Part shown: piece after piece, positions 59,001 through 62,186 of the stretch
Layout: every line of letters starts with the position of its first letter
Position numbering within the stretch: the stretch's first letter is position 1
DNA from: Candidatus Acidiferrum sp.
Lineage (GTDB): Bacteria; Verrucomicrobiota; Verrucomicrobiia; Limisphaerales; UBA8199
DNA length: 62,186 nt
Direction: 5' to 3'
NCBI GenBank assembly: GCA_035541055.1
Contig: DATKNZ010000504.1
Span: forward strand, 1 to 62,186
Program-made: the position numbers and the translations under genes
Notes under the pieces: model-generated
Told to the model about the DNA's origin: nothing
Database searches by the model: none
Seen by the model: only the letters and a program-made list of their open reading frames with translations

Positions 59001-59809
59001 CGGTCAGCCGGAGGATCATTCAGCGCCTTCAAGTTGGCGGCAGTAAATAGGGTCACGGCCTGGTCGAGCGTCGGCTCGCCCGCGGCTTGGGCGCGCATGT
59101 AGAGCCCGGTCGCTCCTTGCTCGTTGAGCACTTCGTTGATGTTACCGCCAAAGGCGGGACCTGCTGCGCTGTTGTTGTCACCCGCTGCGTCATACCCGAG
59201 GGGATTCTGCATCAGCGCCGCGAGCGAGACGGTCTGCGGCTGCGCGCTGGGATTCTCGATGCGGAAGGCGAAAGCGGCTACCGGTAGCGAGGAGAAGGCG
59301 GAGTCCAGGGGCGCGAAGGGGCTGAACGCGCTGAGTTCGAGATTCACCGGCAGGTGGGGGTCGCGGTAGCGCAGGACGGCGACCGGGTATTCGCCGCTCA
59401 TTTCGATTTGCTTTACGCGCGGCCAGTCGGGTCCGCCGGCAGTCTGGAGCAGCCTGCTGACGGCCCCGGCCCGGGCCAGGAAATAGAACGGCAGGTGCCC
59501 GTCGCGCAGCGTGTTAAAGAGCTGCCAGGTGGTGAACTGGCCGTCGGCGCCGATTTCGAAGTTGCCGGTGCCGATGCCGCCCAGGTGCATGCGGGCGTCG
59601 GTGTGCTTGTCCGAAAGGTAGAGCCGTGGCTTCGCAGTGGCGAAGAGGGACTTGCGCCATTGTTGCATTTCGTCAGCCGGCAGTTCGAAGGCGCCCCAAG
59701 CGGGAGTCGCCAGGAGCGTGGCCGCCGTGCCCGCGCCTACCAGGCCGATGAATTCACGCCGGCTGAGGCTCTGCGGCCCGCAGTTCCCGGAACAGTTGCA
59801 TTTGCGCAT
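56030..59809 (-). CDS. GH116-family glycoside hydrolase with Tat signal
   Basis: SRREFIG Tat motif; LGGIGTG, WNTYD, SDEVWTGIEY, ECGGHYARAMSS. Confidence 0.88.
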   Translation of the reverse strand: MRKCNCSGNCGPQSLSRREFIGLVGAGTAATLLATPAWGAFELPADEMQQWRKSLFATAKPRLYLSDKHTDARMHLGGIGTGNFEIGADGQFTTWQLFNTLRDGHLPFYFLARAGAVSRLLQTAGGPDWPRVKQIEMSGEYPVAVLRYRDPHLPVNLELSAFSPFAPLDSAFSSLPVAAFAFRIENPSAQPQTVSLAALMQNPLGYDAAGDNNSAAGPAFGGNINEVLNEQGATGLYMRAQAAGEPTLDQAVTLFTAANLKALNDPPADRPENLRLRILDGAALPPTQPPDSAPAILWIEEPPATLAEPFLRAARDAVQAGATLLFSGRTMPLLEAYAAWTGGKPVAEANPRPDVLFEDFEHGYEQWKVEGQAFGKQPAHGTLPNQQPVSGFVGQGLVNTYLGGDDTTGRLISKDFTIGRRFMRFLVGGGHHQGTQIRLLVNGKVARAASGKDNERLEPVCWDVAQFEGQTAHLEIVDEAKGGWGHINVDQIEFSDMPGNRAVMALLEELLPARFSAVHPAHRNADIPVRNSAAEGEADRNVRAPTQSPAQRVTYENLVLQPGATQITSPEGRTLLTRQVGKGRVVVADGAVLEPANAALSAHRQLAYAFVCGLVGANYAGSGGLQHPKAPGFGTLALAALAGKTTVLPACEHRDQAWTTFSAKGGFTPPENAQATVPTPLGRTVYGAVATSVTVPPAGTVEVPFLLTWHYPNKYNAHHTWMGCHYATRWPDARAVLREAAPDFAHLRDRTEQFRRTFYDSTLPWWLLDCVSANAAIARHIGVVFRIANGDAYGWEGSNGCCDPTCTHVWGYEQTLARFFPDLEREMRRIDFMHQQDKDGGINNRTQVPSPPHPTGEHPFADGHASCILKAYREALNQPDEPFFQQYWPYVHRAVDYLIGRDARTNHSEPAGILQDDQWNTYDEALHGVTTFISGYYLAALRAGEEWARRQGDTATAERFHAIFQKGQAKLIELCWNQEYFQQHLPDYEKRQGEVGPGCMADQLIGQWWAHQLGLGYILPQEMVASSLRSIFKYNFKSDLTGWPHAPRAFAGAKDKGLIVCTWPKGGRPRQVMLYSDEVWTGIEYQVAAHMIYEGLIEEGFAIIKAARDRYDGIPRPPIQRNPWNEIECGGHYARAMSSGSLLPALAGWDYDGPRQALRFVPRHTPERFKCFFSAPAAWGSASQSRQGGGQQNEISVCEGSLAISKLALQGVTVPRQLEVQCAGKAVPCSYEYTQGLVAILLQQPALIPAGQSLVVRIA

Positions 59810-59918
59810 GGTTCGGTCCGTTTTAACCGCAGATAGACACAGATGGATACCGATGAGCCGCCCCAGAAAGTGCCGACGTCAACCGGTTGCATCTGTGTTG
59901 GTCTGTGTTCATCTGTCG

Positions 59919-60947
59919 TTAACGGAGGCTGCGGCGATACCAGTCCATAACCAGGTCAAGACCCGCTTCGACGGTGTAGCCAGGCTCGAAGCCAAGGAGG
60001 CGCCGGGCTTTGGAGATGTCCGCCAGCGAGTGCCGCACATCGCCGGCGCGGAAGTCGCGATACACAGGTTTTTGCTCCGGCAGCGCGGGGTCCTTCGCCC
60101 GGAGCGCTTTCTGAATGTCATGGAACAGCTCATTGAGCGTGGTGCGTTTGCCGAGGGCGACGTTATAGACTTGGTTTACCGCGCCGGGGTTGTCGGTCGT
60201 CGCGGCCAGCAGGTTGGCCTGCACGACATCCGAGACGAAGGAGAAGTCGCGGCTGGTCTCGCCATCGCCATTCACTTGCACGGGTTGGCTCTTCAGCAGC
60301 GCGGTAATCCATTTCGGGATGACCGCGGCGTAGGCGCCCTCGGGGTCCTGGCGGGGACCGAAGACGTTGAAGTATCTCAGGCCGATGGAGGGCAGGCCGT
60401 AGCACGTGGCGAACGTCTGCGCATAAACCTCGTTGATGGCCTTGGTGGCGGCGTAGGGCGAAAGCGGCTTGCCGACCCTCGCCTCGACTTTCGGCAACTC
60501 CGGATCGTCGCCATACACTGCGCTGCTCGAGGCATACATGAAACGCCGCACCTTTCCGTCCCGCGCCGCGATGAGCATGTTCAGAAAGCCGGTGACGTTG
60601 CTCTCGTGCGACCGCACAGGGTGGGCTAGCGAGAGCGGCACGGACCCGGCGGCTGCCTGGTGCAGCACGTAATCCATGCCCGTGCAGGCGGCCCGGCAAG
60701 CCGCCGGGTCCCCGATGTCCCCTTGCTGAAATCGGAACCGGACCCACTGCGCCGGGCTGACCAGCGTTTTGACCTGCTCCAGGTTTTCCTGCTTGCCGGT
60801 GGAGAAGTTGTCCAGTCCGACCACATGCTGTTCCAGTTTAAGCAGGGCCTCCAGCAGGTTGGAGCCGATAAACCCAGCCACGCCTGTTACAAGCCAGCGC
60901 CGGGGCGCCCGCCTTAGCTCTGCTTGCAGTTGATTGTAGGAACCCAT
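59919..60947 (-). CDS. NAD-dependent UDP-sugar 4-epimerase (WbpP/TviC-like)
   Basis: [33 protein letters not shown]. Confidence 0.93.
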   Translation of the reverse strand: MGSYNQLQAELRRAPRRWLVTGVAGFIGSNLLEALLKLEQHVVGLDNFSTGKQENLEQVKTLVSPAQWVRFRFQQGDIGDPAACRAACTGMDYVLHQAAAGSVPLSLAHPVRSHESNVTGFLNMLIAARDGKVRRFMYASSSAVYGDDPELPKVEARVGKPLSPYAATKAINEVYAQTFATCYGLPSIGLRYFNVFGPRQDPEGAYAAVIPKWITALLKSQPVQVNGDGETSRDFSFVSDVVQANLLAATTDNPGAVNQVYNVALGKRTTLNELFHDIQKALRAKDPALPEQKPVYRDFRAGDVRHSLADISKARRLLGFEPGYTVEAGLDLVMDWYRRSLR

Positions 60948-61304
60948 GTCGCGGTTTGGCACGTCCGGGCGGAACATGCCTGAGTGCGCCGCGACGCAAA
61001 AGGAGTTTTTGGCAGGCGCCAGGGTGTTGGCACCGCTGATTCAGGAACGGTGCGGCGAAAATCCGAAATCCCAAGCCCGAAATCCGAAACAAATACAAAG
61101 GCTCAAACGAGCAATGACCGAGACTGACGGCCAGCGTGGGTTTTGAGCATTTGGGATTGGAGCATTGGGATTTGTTTCGGGTTTCGAGCTTCGGATTTCG
61201 GGTTTCTGCGGCTGAGGGCGGTGGTACTGTCGAGATGCGCCCGAATTGCTGGGCCGCCCCTCTGGATCATTGCCCTAGCGGCTGGGTTCGGTTAGGCTGC
61301 GGGC

Positions 61305-61718
61305 ATGAGTGCGTTCCCCGTCGGCCCCGAGAAGGAATCCGAGCTCACCCAGCGCATGGCCGCGCTGGGCCTGAGCGAGGCGGATATTCAAGAGACGTTC
61401 GTCCACTCCGGCGGCCACGGCGGCCAGAACGTCAACAAGACCTCGACGTGCGTCATGCTGCTGCATCGGCCGACCGGCTTGCAGGTCAAATGCCAGGCCA
61501 CGCGTCAGCAGGGACTGAACCGCTTCCTGGCACGCCGTCTCCTGCTGGACAAAATCGAGGAGCGGCGCACCGGGCGCATCGCGGCCGAGCGTGCGCGCAT
61601 GGAGAAGATCCGCCGCCAGAAGCGCCGCCGCAGTCGCCGCGCCAAGCAGCGCATGCTGGCCGACAAGGCGCATCACGCGGCCAAGAAGCAAGGCCGCCGG
61701 GCGTTCGCGGGCGAATAG
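61305..61718 (+). CDS. ArfB-like peptidyl-tRNA hydrolase (RF-1 domain)
   Basis: SGGHGGQNVNK (GGQ motif) and basic C-terminal tail. Confidence 0.9.
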   Translation: MSAFPVGPEKESELTQRMAALGLSEADIQETFVHSGGHGGQNVNKTSTCVMLLHRPTGLQVKCQATRQQGLNRFLARRLLLDKIEERRTGRIAAERARMEKIRRQKRRRSRRAKQRMLADKAHHAAKKQGRRAFAGE

Positions 61719-61969
61719 ATGATGGAAGGGACGGCGGGAAGGGGTAAGTGGGGCGTCAGGAGCGGGGGAGGCATCCACGCGCGTCCTTAGCAGAAATATT
61801 AAATACTTTAGCGCTAGCAGCGTCTAAGGGCGCAGGAACAGAATCGGTCTGTGCCCCTGCTGGCAAGCTTTGCGTGGGTTGGGTGTTTACACACCGGAGT
61901 ATTGGCAACACCCAAGTAGGCTTTACAGGTCGCATGGGCAGCGGTTAACCTTGGTTTGCCTCGATAGTA

Positions 61970-62186
61970 ATGAAGAAGTTCATCTTTCTGATAGTCCTGG
62001 CAGGACTGTGTGCGGGCGGTTACTACGGGTGGGGTCGCTGGCGCAAGGCCAGCGAGGCTGCCGCCGTGCCGTCCCGGCCAACTACCGCCATCGCGGAACT
62101 GCGCGACATCAACTTCGCCGTCAATGCCGCAGGCGAGATCGCCCCGGCGGAACAAGTCTCGGTCCGCCCCGAGATCAACGGCAAGG
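61970..62186 (+). CDS. Efflux membrane-fusion (MFP) subunit, partial
   Basis: MKKFIFLIVLAGLCAGGYYGW...VNAAGEIAPAEQVSVRPEINGK. Confidence 0.8.
   Translation, partial: MKKFIFLIVLAGLCAGGYYGWGRWRKASEAAAVPSRPTTAIAELRDINFAVNAAGEIAPAEQVSVRPEINGK

Overview
Positions 1 to about 49,470 are part of a large integrated temperate phage-like element whose left end lies outside the window. The host is probably a GC-rich PVC-superphylum bacterium (Verrucomicrobiota is my inference). The element has a leftward packaging/virion/lysis arm (split terminase, portal, fibre-like proteins, 3D-domain hydrolase, holin-like gene) and a primase plus helicase pair with a divergent XRE regulator. An iteron and inverted-repeat region at about 24.1-24.6 kb precedes a rightward early arm (sigma-like protein, RadC/JAB, histone-fold-like protein, ParB, serine recombinase, AAA+ ATPase, minimal ligase). 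That arm is interrupted by reverse-strand cargo: DUF262+HEPN, a Type III R-M system and an LRR protein. The element ends at a tRNA-Leu(CAA) truncated just after the anticodon; ordinary host genes follow. The standout observation is two homologous copies of a ~107-bp promoter plus attI-like module (723-830 on minus, 13147-13252 on plus). Each feeds directly into attC-bounded integron gene cassettes, and no integron integrase is present in the window, which suggests phage-borne integrase-less cassette landing pads. Also notable: about 17 copies of an element-restricted palindrome (G)TGCAGACGTCTGCA(C), a canonical chromosomal parS, strand-polarised repeats at gene junctions and in frame inside proteins, and sharply k-mer-zoned DNA at 24.6-27.6 kb. 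All calls are by eye; no searches were run and counts are approximate.
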